Virus record (IMG/VR): IMGVR_UViG_3300047472_000134
Span: 17,517 to 81,516 of that record
Strand: one strand, 5' to 3'
From: a virus
DNA length: 64,000 nt
This document shows positions 45,171 to 54,991 of the stretch, piece after piece. Both the position numbers and the translations under genes were made by a program. The notes under the pieces were generated by a model that was given only the letters and a program-made list of their open reading frames with translations, was not told the origin of the DNA and made no database searches. Within the stretch, counting starts at the first letter, position 1, and the number at the start of each line of letters is the position of its first letter.

Positions 45171-45499
45171 CAGAGCCCCGCGAACTTCTTGAGGAGCATC
45201 GGAGCGACCGTGGTGATGACGGCTGTGGACACAGAGCAGAGCGTGACAAGTCGCAGAACCTTTTCGTTGAGCGCCGTGTACTTGGCGGACAACTCGGACT
45301 GCTCCTTCTTCACCTCACCGATGGCTTCCTTGAACCCATCTTTCACTTCCCGCACCTGGCTGGCGACGAAGCTATTACGCTCCTCGAGCACGACCAGGCG
45401 CTCCATGAAATCAGCCAGCGCGACAACGCGATCGGACATCAGGCGGACAGCAGTTTCCAGGCTGTCGAGCCGGGTGTGAAGTGCGTCGTTCATAGGCAT
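45170..45499 (-). CDS. Coiled-coil protein with C-terminal TM (lysis-associated)
   Basis: Coupled to the holin. Confidence 0.7.
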   Translation of the reverse strand: MPMNDALHTRLDSLETAVRLMSDRVVALADFMERLVVLEERNSFVASQVREVKDGFKEAIGEVKKEQSELSAKYTALNEKVLRLVTLCSVSTAVITTVAPMLLKKFAGL

Positions 45500-45599
45500 A
45501 CGGAAACTCCAATTGGTTCCCGTAGATATGGTGATTCAGCCCTTGCGGTGCGCCCTGCGGTTGGTGCAGAGTGGTTCAGTTTGAATAACTTAGGGGTGT

Positions 45600-45914
45600 G
45601 TGATGAGGGGCATGCTTGCTGTTGTTTTGGGCCTGGCGATCGCCACGCCAGCGTCGGCCAGTTTCATGAATGGAAACGACCTAATGAAAGTTTGCTCGTC
45701 AGACGACAGGCTCGATAAGGGACAGTGCCTTGGCTACATCAAGGGTGTAGTAGATGTTGCTCCGAGGAAAGACACCTGCGTGCCCGCGGAGGCAACAGTG
45801 GGGCAAATAAGAGATATTTTCCTCAAATCTATGAAAGAAAACCCAGAGGACCGAGACCTATTGGCATCAGCGCTGCTTGCCGTTGCTTTACACGAAGCGT
45901 TCTGTGGCCGATGA
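45600..45914 (+). CDS. Rap1a/Tai-like immunity protein, moron
   Basis: Signal peptide; GNDL..C, C.GYI.GV.D, C.P...T.GQ, P..R...A..L...AL..AF.C. Confidence 0.8.
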   Translation: MMRGMLAVVLGLAIATPASASFMNGNDLMKVCSSDDRLDKGQCLGYIKGVVDVAPRKDTCVPAEATVGQIRDIFLKSMKENPEDRDLLASALLAVALHEAFCGR

Positions 45915-45928
45915 TCGGATAATGTATT

Positions 45929-46099
45929 TTATGGAACTAACGCATTGATATCATTGCCGAATAGCTGATCAAACCTATCCCGGATCATCTTCACGATCAA
46001 CTCAGATCCAGACAGTCCGTAGGTGTCAGCCAGGACCGCGAGTTTCTTGCGATCCTCCTCAGTGCCATAGGCGATTATGCCGGCGTTGCGTTTCTTCAT
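45929..46099 (-). CDS. 56-aa RHH-like protein (not in ORF track)
   Basis: MKKRNAGIIAYGTEEDRKKLAVLADTYGLSGSELIVKMIRDRFDQLF...; ATGA overlap. Confidence 0.6.
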   Translation of the reverse strand: MKKRNAGIIAYGTEEDRKKLAVLADTYGLSGSELIVKMIRDRFDQLFGNDINALVP

Positions 46100-46479
46100 G
46101 GCCAGGCTACCTGCACAGCAGCCTCGATCTCGGCCGGCGTGCTCGCACCACGGACAAGAGCCTTGGCCTGGCGCTCAGACCGCTCGATAGCCGGTGCGAC
46201 AACGCGCCAGTGTTGGGCCATAGTGAGGATGACGACCGCAGCGTCGAACACGGTCTCGTCCGTGCCTTCAGCTTCCTCGACGATCAACGGAATCTGGGCT
46301 AGATCCACATTCGGGTTCGCCATGACCAGTTCGGCCTGGCGTTCCTTCTCCATGTAGACCATGGCCTTGCCAGAGCCCAGCGTGATGTAGGCGCCGCGGC
46401 GTTGCTCGGCCGCTACGCTGATGTTGGCGATCGCCGCCTCACGAAGCGGCTCCAGGTTCTTGGTCAGTTTAAGCTGCAT
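46096..46479 (-). CDS. Tail fibre assembly-like protein
   Basis: Position; VY.EK..QA, A.IE..R..AK, A.T..EI...WP. Confidence 0.65.
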   Translation of the reverse strand: MQLKLTKNLEPLREAAIANISVAAEQRRGAYITLGSGKAMVYMEKERQAELVMANPNVDLAQIPLIVEEAEGTDETVFDAAVVILTMAQHWRVVAPAIERSERQAKALVRGASTPAEIEAAVQVAWP

Positions 46480-47029
46480 GGACTTCGACTCCGATTGCGC
46501 GAGGGAGATAGGGCCAGGACTCAATCACGAGCGTATAGCTCGCCGGCATATCTGCCTCGAGCTCGAGCGTGCCAGTAGTCAGCTCAAAGGTGTTCTCGTC
46601 GACGTGGACCGTGCAGCTATCAGGCAGGTTGGCAATGGTGAACGTCTCACCAGCCGTAAGCGAGATCAGGTCCGGAGTATCGAACGTTGGACGGTGTGTG
46701 ATCTGTCCGTCCAGAATGTAGTCGGTCATGATGTCCGCAGTCACATTCTCGGTGCGGCCAGTGATCATACGAGGTGTCGGAACATCGACGAGAACCTGGT
46801 TCCCCTCCCCGTCCAAAACAGGAGTGCCATTGTCTTCCGTCAAGGGCATTTTCAGGAAGTCAAATGCGGGATTACCGTCTTCGTCGAGCGCAGGGATGTC
46901 AGGCAGCGGGCGAGGTGGGAACTCAAGGAATGGGATACCCCTCACCTGTAAAACGTCGGTCAAACCCTCTGGTACTGGGTCGAAGATGATGTGCCGGATT
47001 TCGCCTTCGGAGCTGTGCTCGATGATCAT
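46469..47029 (-). CDS. Tail-associated protein
   Basis: Coupled; DEDGNP/DGEGNQ repeats. Confidence 0.7.
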   Translation of the reverse strand: MIIEHSSEGEIRHIIFDPVPEGLTDVLQVRGIPFLEFPPRPLPDIPALDEDGNPAFDFLKMPLTEDNGTPVLDGEGNQVLVDVPTPRMITGRTENVTADIMTDYILDGQITHRPTFDTPDLISLTAGETFTIANLPDSCTVHVDENTFELTTGTLELEADMPASYTLVIESWPYLPRAIGVEVHAA

Positions 47030-47403
47030 GTGTTATAGTCCCATACCGTATAGGCTGCTTGGATGGCAGAGCCCGTGCTGTTGTAATATTCGATCCTGTT
47101 CTCAAAACAGGTTGCCCAGCCTGATCCCCCCGCAGCCGCTTCAGGTCGCACAGCCGTAAAAAACCAGCTATCAAAACCTGCGACCTTAACTCCAATTCGA
47201 CACGTCGGCCGGGTGGCGAACGTCTTTGGGAAATAGACAACTTGGGTGGTGTTCGCCGGTACTGTGAGAGCCCCTGCTACAAGCATCCGCACACCCGAAA
47301 AGTCGGATGAGAAGTTTAGATCCCCCGGCAAAGCATCAACGACTTCCTTGCCAGGTGCTGACACTTTCAAACCCGACGATCCGAGCAGCACCCTGTTAGG
47401 CAA
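47026..47403 (-). CDS. Tail-tip accessory protein, paralog 3
   Basis: TTG after GGAG; NRVLLG..GLKVS.PG. Confidence 0.7.
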   Translation of the reverse strand: MPNRVLLGSSGLKVSAPGKEVVDALPGDLNFSSDFSGVRMLVAGALTVPANTTQVVYFPKTFATRPTCRIGVKVAGFDSWFFTAVRPEAAAGGSGWATCFENRIEYYNSTGSAIQAAYTVWDYNT

Positions 47404-47797
47404 CGATGGCGCTCCAAACTCGATAATAGATACCCCGGATAGAAGCCGCACCCGATGTGAGGGGGCCGAAAGGGTCGCCAGTTGCATCGGGCAGGTTCGG
47501 AGCCCTGATGAAGTCGAAGGTCGTTGCGCTGGTCCAGTGCAAACAGATTGCGTTCCAGCCGATCACGTCGAACTCAACGAGTGGACGCATATTGAGAGAG
47601 GGGATTGCGACTGTGCTCGGAATGAATGAGCCAGCTGTTTGTGGGATAAACCCATATTGGATTACCTGCAGAACCTTATCTGTGATCCGAAGCAGGAAGT
47701 CGTCTTCAGTCAGATTACTGAGAATTTCCTTCCCTGGCTTCGTCACCCACAAACCGGATTCGGTTCCCCTCTGACCCAGAAGCACACGATTGGTCAT
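47396..47797 (-). CDS. Tail-tip accessory protein, paralog 2
   Basis: MTNRVLLG...GLWVTKPG. Confidence 0.7.
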   Translation of the reverse strand: MTNRVLLGQRGTESGLWVTKPGKEILSNLTEDDFLLRITDKVLQVIQYGFIPQTAGSFIPSTVAIPSLNMRPLVEFDVIGWNAICLHWTSATTFDFIRAPNLPDATGDPFGPLTSGAASIRGIYYRVWSAIVA

Positions 47798-48252
47798 CAG
47801 TTCTTCACCAGGTAATAGTCGAAGTAGCCCCAAGCCTTCTGGTTGCCGCCTACGCGACCTTCAGCTGGCCACCAAGTGCCGGTCTCGGCTGTTATGGAGA
47901 GAATCCCCGTCGATGGATTCCATCCGTTCGAGAAAGCACCTCCAACGAAAATCTGAGCTTTGTAGTCGGGGTAATGCGGGCGCACGGAACAGATGATCAA
48001 TGGAAAATTCCCTGCCACGTACAAAGATGGCGGGATGTAAATGTTCGCGTACCATTGCCATCCCACCATATCCACGTAAGCCATCGTGCCGCGGATTGTG
48101 CCCTGCTGAACAACCTTGAGCAGACTGTTCCAGCGGCTGTCGAACGACAGCTTCTCGGGAGCAAGAGCCGTGTCGAGAACGTTGTTCCCTGGCCTCGACA
48201 CCCTCAAAACGAAGGTGTTGTCGAAAGCGCCAAGAACCACTCTGTTTGCCAT
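47797..48252 (-). CDS. Tail-tip accessory protein, paralog 1
   Basis: MANRVVLG...LRVSRPG..V...L.FDS.W. Confidence 0.7.
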   Translation of the reverse strand: MANRVVLGAFDNTFVLRVSRPGNNVLDTALAPEKLSFDSRWNSLLKVVQQGTIRGTMAYVDMVGWQWYANIYIPPSLYVAGNFPLIICSVRPHYPDYKAQIFVGGAFSNGWNPSTGILSITAETGTWWPAEGRVGGNQKAWGYFDYYLVKN

Positions 48253-51200
48253 TAGTCCGCGATCAAAATCCTAGAGTTGTCGAGCTCGATCCGCATCTTG
48301 TTGTTTGCTGAACGGGCCAGGCCAGCGACGACTTCCCCAAGGTTGGCAGAGAAGGCCGACAGCTGGGTAACAGATATGGAGTTCGCAGTGATGGCGCCAG
48401 CCGCCAGCTTCTCGGCAGTGATGCTTCCTGCATCAAGATGGTTCGTTTTGATTGCACCATCGGTGATCTCGGTCGCGCCCAGAGCCAGTGGGGTGCCGTT
48501 GGCGCTGTTGAGATTGAAGTTCGACCGGTTGCCATCCTTGTCCACGGCGCGGACCCAGACGTAATACTTCACACCGGCCGTCAGGCCAGGGATAACGCCC
48601 GACGTTCCAGACGAGACGCCGCCGTAGATTGCCGTCGTGCTATCGTCCGTGGTGCTGTAGAAGATCTCGATACGATCGAGGTCCGTGTCGGAGGGGTTGG
48701 TCCAGAACGCCGCAAGGAACTTGAATCCGGCCGTGACCGTGAGACCGGTTGGGGCTTCAGGCGGAATTGGATCGCCAGCGCCGCCACTCGGGAATGGGAT
48801 GTCCAGCGACATCTGATTGCCGAAGTTGAGGTTGCCGCCCTCCATCAAGTCATAAAAAGCTAGCTTGAAATACCACTTGGTGTTGGCCTCGAGCGGGATC
48901 GCGACGTTGTTGTTCGGACCCTTGTAGACTAGGTTGGCCGCGCTCGGAACGAAACTGTCCAAGGTGGAGGCGTGGATCACGACACCCTTGAAGTCGCGGA
49001 TCGCCGGGACGTCATAGTGAACGACAGCTGCATCGTAGAGCACCTCGACGCTCTGGGTCGCAGGAGCGGCCGGCGCGTCATTCTTCACCGACAGCACAAC
49101 GTAATCGGAGATGAATCCGAATTGATCCTTCGTCGCGACGGCGATCTTGAAGGCACGGCGAGGCGTGCCCTGCCCGTCGTTGACGTTGGCCGTGTACTCG
49201 TAGGTGTAGTAGGTCCGGTCCAGGCTCTCTTCGCGGATGACCGTATCCTGCAGATCGCGGACCTGGAGAACATACTCCTGGAAGTAGACGTCCTTGGATG
49301 CCGGCCACTGGAAGAGCGGCGAGCGGCTTTCGAAGTCCGTCTCGGTCGGCTCGTCGATCATGCGGAGGCTCTCGATGCCATCCACGACGCGGGTGTCACC
49401 GATCAGGCGGTGCTCGATGACTGAAGGCACCGATGCATAACCATTCACATCGACTGCAGAAATCTGGAAGAAGTATTCGCCAGATGGGATGTCGTCCCAC
49501 TCGAAAAGAGGGACCGGAGATTCGCCCAGCGTGGCCAGTGGTCCGTTGTCACGGGAGCCTTCGATCCGGTAGCGCGTCACGGTCTTCGTGGTGCTTGGAT
49601 CCCAGCCGAGGCTCAGGGTGGTGATCTGGCGGGCGCCGACCGTGCGGGTCGTTGCTCGGACGAGAACGTTGGTGACCGGCTCAGGTTTCTTCTTGGTGTC
49701 GAGGACATACTTGTCGAGCTCGTCGATCGAGCCGACATGACCGTCGATGAACAGCCACTTGGCTCGGTTCATCTGAATAGCCTGGATGTCGATGTTGTCC
49801 GGATCACCATCCGCTTCTGAGATCGACAGGACGCGGAATGCTACCGGAGCTGCATCGCCGTTCGCCTGCTCGATCGAGAAGACGGCATGCTCCGGAAGGT
49901 TGACCGGCAGATCGGTCAGCGTGTTCAGCTCGGTCAGGGCACCCGTGGCCGACGTCAGCTCACGGGTCTCGATCACGAAGTCCTCAGTGGCTTCGCTGAT
50001 AACCTGGAAGCTGATGCGGTAGCTGAAGCCAGGTTCGAGAAAGATCGGATCGCGGAGCTGGATCTTGCGGGGCGACGGGATGGACTGAACGCGGCCTGTG
50101 ACCCCGTTCTCCATATCCTCGTCGGCGCACAGGATCACATTGTAGGGCGACATGTAGAGGCCCATGCGATTGGTCTTGAAGTTGACCATCATGGTCTCGG
50201 TCGTGCCCGTGATCAGATCGTAGCGGGCGCGGCGGATCGCCTCTTCTTCATCCGTACAGCCAACCGCTTCGAAGTTGCTCGGGATGCGGCCATACTGATT
50301 GATGTGGTCCTGGTCGAAGACGCGACGACGGTCTGTCTGCCAGTTCAGATCTTCGTTGGTGAACGAGACGGTGATGTCGTTGTGGCGGGTGGAGATCTCC
50401 GTCCACGAGTAGGTGAAGAGACCATCGACGACGTTCTCAGGCGTGAAGATCGTGACCGGCGTGTCGTCGCGGTCGATCCGGATGACGCCTTCACCATTGC
50501 CGTCGTCGAAGAAGCGAGCGGCCATGATGCCGCACATGAAGTTGATGGCGTCACGACCGCCGCGGGCCTCAGTGATCAGGCCATTGAAGGTGAAGCGCGG
50601 CTTGCCTGAAGCGGTCGGCGTGTCGCACCAGACGCCAGCAGCGTAGACGTCCCACTTGTTCAGCGTGATCGGGTAGTAGGCATTCATGCCGTACCGATCG
50701 TTGAGCACCAGGTCGTTGACGATGTAGGCCAGGTTGTTGGTGTAGGCGAGCTTCCAGGCGCCATCCCAGAAACCAGTGTGGACACGAGTGGCTGGGTTGT
50801 AGTTCGATGGAACGCGGACGATGCGGCCGAGATAAACGCCCGAGAAATCCGGGACCGACGAGAACTGTTCGCTGGCGCGAGCCACGAGCTGCGTGACAGC
50901 CAGACCTGGGAACTTGTAGCCCTTGGCGGTGACCTCCTGGAACGACTCCCAGGTAATGCTGAAGAAGAGTTCGGTCGTGTCATTGGGCGACGTCTTGGTG
51001 ACGCGCCACATGTAGGGCTCGTCCACCCGGTCGACCGGGATGCGGAATTCCTTGGGGAAAGCAGAGGTGGTCTTGGCAGTGATCGCCACCTCGCCGTTCG
51101 TCAACGTGACGCTGCCGCCAGTGCCGTTCTCACCGAAGGTACCAGGACGCAGCGAGGAGCCGGCGATGATCCAGGCCGAGCCGTTGAAGAAGAACGCCCT

Positions 51201-52061
51201 GCCCTGTCCAGTGTGCAGCCAGTAGTCGCCCTGCTCGGGAACGAAGCCCACGATCTTCGGCCCGACGAAACCCTTCGTCTGCCTGTCCGCACCCTTGGAG
51301 GATCCCTCGGCCCAGGTCCAGACGTTGTTGGCGAACACCAGGCTGGCGGGGAAATACCAGCTGGAACCGTCGAAGATCTTTGGCTTATAGTTGTTCGAGG
51401 TGTCGAACCAGATGCCGGCCTTGGCGGTCGAGACCGGCTGACTTGCCGCCCAGTAGGTTGGCCGGTCGCCAGGCGAGGCGTTGATCTTGGCCGTCTGCGT
51501 CTCGTCGCCATAGAAGACGTCGAAGCTGTCGCCAGAGATCTGCGGCGGAAGCGGATTGACCTCCGGAGTCCTGACGGGCCTCCAGCTGCTGTCGCTGACC
51601 TTCTTGTACTCGATGCGCCAGCGACCAGTGTGGTTGAACGTGCCTTTGTCGTTCTGCTGCGCCAGCTGGTTGATGGTGAAGCGAAGATCGACGTAGTCGA
51701 CGTTGGTGTGCGTACCCTGGCGGACGATCGCTACGCCCGAGGCCATCTCGGTGTTGACGGTGGTCGAGGAGCCGAACCCGCCCATACGGGAGTAGATGTC
51801 CTCGCCCTGCTCGCTACCCTTGTAGTCAATGAGCTCGAAATTATCGAAGTTGTTGGAGCCGCTATCGTCCTGGAGGTTTGTGGTTCCGATGCGGTAGGAT
51901 TTGGCGCCGTTCTCCAGGCCGAAGATGGGGCCTTCTGAGACGCCGATGAGAGCTTCGACCACGTCGGTCGCGAAGAGACTGTCTCGAGTCTGGGTCGGTG
52001 ACTTTGCAGAACCTCCCTTCGAACCGCTGAGTTTTCGAAGGGATATATCATGTACTGTCAT
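48252..52061 (-). CDS. Tail tip / host-specificity protein (lambda gpJ-like)
   Basis: SEGPI.GL, VRVPSNY.P, WDG.WK.AYTNN.A, PRFTFN; FN3-like domains. Confidence 0.92.
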   Translation of the reverse strand: MTVHDISLRKLSGSKGGSAKSPTQTRDSLFATDVVEALIGVSEGPIFGLENGAKSYRIGTTNLQDDSGSNNFDNFELIDYKGSEQGEDIYSRMGGFGSSTTVNTEMASGVAIVRQGTHTNVDYVDLRFTINQLAQQNDKGTFNHTGRWRIEYKKVSDSSWRPVRTPEVNPLPPQISGDSFDVFYGDETQTAKINASPGDRPTYWAASQPVSTAKAGIWFDTSNNYKPKIFDGSSWYFPASLVFANNVWTWAEGSSKGADRQTKGFVGPKIVGFVPEQGDYWLHTGQGRAFFFNGSAWIIAGSSLRPGTFGENGTGGSVTLTNGEVAITAKTTSAFPKEFRIPVDRVDEPYMWRVTKTSPNDTTELFFSITWESFQEVTAKGYKFPGLAVTQLVARASEQFSSVPDFSGVYLGRIVRVPSNYNPATRVHTGFWDGAWKLAYTNNLAYIVNDLVLNDRYGMNAYYPITLNKWDVYAAGVWCDTPTASGKPRFTFNGLITEARGGRDAINFMCGIMAARFFDDGNGEGVIRIDRDDTPVTIFTPENVVDGLFTYSWTEISTRHNDITVSFTNEDLNWQTDRRRVFDQDHINQYGRIPSNFEAVGCTDEEEAIRRARYDLITGTTETMMVNFKTNRMGLYMSPYNVILCADEDMENGVTGRVQSIPSPRKIQLRDPIFLEPGFSYRISFQVISEATEDFVIETRELTSATGALTELNTLTDLPVNLPEHAVFSIEQANGDAAPVAFRVLSISEADGDPDNIDIQAIQMNRAKWLFIDGHVGSIDELDKYVLDTKKKPEPVTNVLVRATTRTVGARQITTLSLGWDPSTTKTVTRYRIEGSRDNGPLATLGESPVPLFEWDDIPSGEYFFQISAVDVNGYASVPSVIEHRLIGDTRVVDGIESLRMIDEPTETDFESRSPLFQWPASKDVYFQEYVLQVRDLQDTVIREESLDRTYYTYEYTANVNDGQGTPRRAFKIAVATKDQFGFISDYVVLSVKNDAPAAPATQSVEVLYDAAVVHYDVPAIRDFKGVVIHASTLDSFVPSAANLVYKGPNNNVAIPLEANTKWYFKLAFYDLMEGGNLNFGNQMSLDIPFPSGGAGDPIPPEAPTGLTVTAGFKFLAAFWTNPSDTDLDRIEIFYSTTDDSTTAIYGGVSSGTSGVIPGLTAGVKYYVWVRAVDKDGNRSNFNLNSANGTPLALGATEITDGAIKTNHLDAGSITAEKLAAGAITANSISVTQLSAFSANLGEVVAGLARSANNKMRIELDNSRILIAD

Positions 52062-52102
52062 ATACTTATCCGGCGTTCTTCATGTACCGGATTAAGTGGG
52101 GA

Positions 52103-53161
52103 TTAGTGAGCGGTTTTTCCAGAGCGCCAGCGAGCCCGCATCCACTTCAGACGCTCGGCAGCTTCGAACGGATCGAACTCCAGGCGGATGAAATTGATCG
52201 GGGACGAAGCGTAAGGATCGATGAGTGCGACGGGCATGTTGTACATGTCCTTGGCGTCGAGGTTCAGCTCCTCCGCATAGCGGTCGATTTTCTTGTAGCT
52301 GGCGACCTGGACGGCGTGCCAGATCTTCCCCGATGAGGGACGCATGCCGTGTGCATAGCCAGAGGTATGGATGTGTCCGCCGACATAGATGTCGTGGTGT
52401 TCGCCATCCAGCTGAGCCTTCTTGGCAGCGCCATAGCTCTCCGACCACATCGACTTGCCCTGGAAGCCATGGACAGCGTAGATCTTCACCTCGCGCTGGC
52501 TGGGCAGGGTCAGCCGCAGGCGGGCCTTTGTCGATTTGTGGACCGCAGCACTGCCGGCGAGGATGCCCTTCAGGATGTCGCCGCCCTGCCCCCAGACATC
52601 GTGGTTGCCGTTCAGATAGAACAGCCAGTTCACGCGGGTCAGGATATCCTCGACGAGAGCGATGGACTCGGCCGAGCTGGTGGACTGCTCAGCGTAAAGA
52701 CGGGCAAGACGGCCAGCCCAGTTGTTGAAGACGTCACCGACGTTGCCAGCGAACATGCCTTCGACGCTTCCGTCGATCAGGCTGACGTGATCCAGAACCT
52801 GCTTCAGATCCGTGCCATCGTCGTCCAGGTGCCAGTCGCCGGCCAGTGCCAGGCCGATCGGGCCATCGACCTTGCAGCGAACATTGATCAGCTTCTCGCG
52901 CTCGTAGATCTCGGACTTCCGAGCGAACTGCTCGATGCGCCGCTCGATGAGCTTCGCGACGTCGATGCTCTCAGCCAGCTTGCCGCCAGGGAGATCGACT
53001 TCGAACTGAGATTCAGCATCCGGATCGCTCCAGCGCTTGTTCATGCCGCGGATGCCCGACTCGGAAATGTCGTAGCCGCGTTCGCGAAGGTAGCGAGCGG
53101 CTGGCCTGAAGCCCCCCATCTCGTTGATCGCGTTCTTGATGAGGTCTTCAGATGGACGCAT
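52103..53161 (-). CDS. Calcineurin-like metallophosphoesterase with N-terminal HTH-like region
   Basis: GDWH, GDVFNN, GNHD, HG, GHIH. Confidence 0.85.
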   Translation of the reverse strand: MRPSEDLIKNAINEMGGFRPAARYLRERGYDISESGIRGMNKRWSDPDAESQFEVDLPGGKLAESIDVAKLIERRIEQFARKSEIYEREKLINVRCKVDGPIGLALAGDWHLDDDGTDLKQVLDHVSLIDGSVEGMFAGNVGDVFNNWAGRLARLYAEQSTSSAESIALVEDILTRVNWLFYLNGNHDVWGQGGDILKGILAGSAAVHKSTKARLRLTLPSQREVKIYAVHGFQGKSMWSESYGAAKKAQLDGEHHDIYVGGHIHTSGYAHGMRPSSGKIWHAVQVASYKKIDRYAEELNLDAKDMYNMPVALIDPYASSPINFIRLEFDPFEAAERLKWMRARWRSGKTAH

Positions 53162-53169
53162 GGATAATC

Positions 53170-53730
53170 CTATTTGGGGTTATATTCGATTGCGTTGATG
53201 TCGAACGACAGGAAGTGCCCGAAGCACAGGTGGCGTCCGTAGAGGATGGGGATGCGGGTACCGATGGTGACGGTGTTCTTCGGGGCGCCAAGGTAGCTGC
53301 TGCGCTGCTGCTGATCTCCGACGTCCGTCTGGGGCTTCGGAGCGAGCATAGCACTCAGGCCCCCCAGGATCGCCAGGGCGCCAACCTTCATCAGGATGGA
53401 GCCGAGAGCCGTGCCACCGAACATGAAGAAGCCCACGGCCACGAGCGCAACGCCGAGCAGGATCTGAAGCAGACCGCCAGACTTGCCGCCGGCCAGCTGT
53501 GGCACGATGTGGATGAACTCAAGCTCCTGGTCGAGCTGCTTGTAGAGCGACTCCTCCGTTTCGAAGCCGACAACCTTCGCCCGATGACGCCCGCGGATCG
53601 GGCACGGTGCAAAGCCGAGCAGCTGGCGCGTGACGCCCTCGACGGCCTCGGCTGCGGTATTGCAGTGGATCAGGATCGGGCCGTCGTGAAAGGCGGCGAA
53701 GTACCCGTGGAGGACGACTTTAATCAGCAA
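53170..53730 (-). CDS. Tail assembly protein I-like
   Basis: IHIVPQLAGG, Gly-rich hydrophobic stretch, G..IPILYG. Confidence 0.88.
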   Translation of the reverse strand: MLIKVVLHGYFAAFHDGPILIHCNTAAEAVEGVTRQLLGFAPCPIRGRHRAKVVGFETEESLYKQLDQELEFIHIVPQLAGGKSGGLLQILLGVALVAVGFFMFGGTALGSILMKVGALAILGGLSAMLAPKPQTDVGDQQQRSSYLGAPKNTVTIGTRIPILYGRHLCFGHFLSFDINAIEYNPK

Positions 53731-54043
53731 TGAGAACGTCCCCCTTCTCGACGTAGTATTTGGTCACGCCGTCGTTTCCGACGATGTAATGCTCGAGGTC
53801 GGGCCAGCTGCGAAATGCATGATAGTCGTCGGCCGACAGCACGGAGTCCGCGCCAGGGTGGGTGTGCCAGGAGGCAGCAGCCTGCGGCGTCCACAGAACG
53901 AGATCCTCGCCTTTGAAGTCAAAGCCCTGCGTCGGTTCCGGGTGGACGTTTTCGCACTCGATCAGCTCGCCAGACTTCAGCAGGAAGCCGCAGCGCTCAG
54001 TCTCGCCCTCATACAGGGAGTTCATTTTCTCGGAGATATTCAT
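53720..54043 (-). CDS. JAB/MPN domain tail protein (gpK N-half-like)
   Basis: ERCG, WHTHP...LSADD. Confidence 0.85.
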   Translation of the reverse strand: MNISEKMNSLYEGETERCGFLLKSGELIECENVHPEPTQGFDFKGEDLVLWTPQAAASWHTHPGADSVLSADDYHAFRSWPDLEHYIVGNDGVTKYYVEKGDVLIAD

Positions 54044-54500
54044 CGAGCTTCCTTCGGACGCGAGGGGGAACGAGGTCGAGCAATTCGGCGGTACCGGTCT
54101 CGCCTGTCAGCTTCACGTCCTTGTGTCGGATGACAGCCAGGGTGGTGTTGCGGCTTAGGCCAGCGTACGGTTCCGCGACCGAGAAGCGGCCCCAGAGATG
54201 GTGGAGGATCTTGCCGCTGTCGACGAGGACACCAACGTGGTTGGCGGTCTGCGAGTCGATGGCGCACAGCACAACGTCGCCGGCCTGGTACTCAGATGGA
54301 TGGCACTCAAGCAGCTCAAAACCGATCTTGCTGTAGCCGTCCATGTAGAGGTTCAGGCCATGCTTCCAGAAGAACTTCGGGCGGGCAAAGTTGGGCAGCG
54401 TGATGCCGAAGTTGTCGATATAGAAATTGCGGAGCAGCGTGTAGCAGTCCTGCTTTCCATAGACGAACGGCTTCATGGTGAGGTGTTCGTACTTGATCAT
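54009..54500 (-). CDS. NlpC/P60 tail protein (gpK C-half-like)
   Basis: G.QDCY.L.R, NHVGV, ILHH. Confidence 0.88.
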   Translation of the reverse strand: MIKYEHLTMKPFVYGKQDCYTLLRNFYIDNFGITLPNFARPKFFWKHGLNLYMDGYSKIGFELLECHPSEYQAGDVVLCAIDSQTANHVGVLVDSGKILHHLWGRFSVAEPYAGLSRNTTLAVIRHKDVKLTGETGTAELLDLVPPRVRRKLDEYLRENELPV

Positions 54501-54991
54501 CAGAAGCTCACCATCGGGAAGTCGGGCGGGATAAACATCCGGCATGGGATCTGGAAGTTGGCGCCTTCGGTCATGTTCCGGAGCTCGAGCGAGATGCTCT
54601 GGCCAGAGATGAGTTCTCGGATACGGCCGACGTACCACATGCGGCGAGTGGCAATGTTGATGTCGGCGTCCAGATTTCCACGCAAGACGCGGTATCGGAT
54701 GACGGTCGCCAGATCGAGCTGGCCCTTCTTCGCGGCCGAGTTGAAGATGCCGAAAGGGTTCATGACCTGGAGGAGTGGGCGGCTTTCTTCACCGTCTGCG
54801 GACTGGCTGTCGCCGGTCAGCTTGCAGGCCATTCCCTCGTACTTCTTGCCTTGCCATGTGATTGTGTCCTCGCCCTTGAAGCGGAATTCGACCGGCAGGT
54901 TCTTGAGCTTGACGTAGAACAGGTCGACCTCTGCATCAGCTTGAAGTTTTTGGGCCTCTTGCAGATGCTCGATCGGCGCATTCGTCGTCAT
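54500..54991 (-). CDS. Minor tail protein L-like
   Basis: ITWQG.KY, RP.L.V.N, ELR; position. Confidence 0.75.
   Translation of the reverse strand: MTTNAPIEHLQEAQKLQADAEVDLFYVKLKNLPVEFRFKGEDTITWQGKKYEGMACKLTGDSQSADGEESRPLLQVMNPFGIFNSAAKKGQLDLATVIRYRVLRGNLDADINIATRRMWYVGRIRELISGQSISLELRNMTEGANFQIPCRMFIPPDFPMVSF

Noticed and set aside
47026-52061. Diversity-generating retroelement or invertible tail cassette
   Set aside because: No reverse transcriptase, invertase or template/variable repeat pair seen
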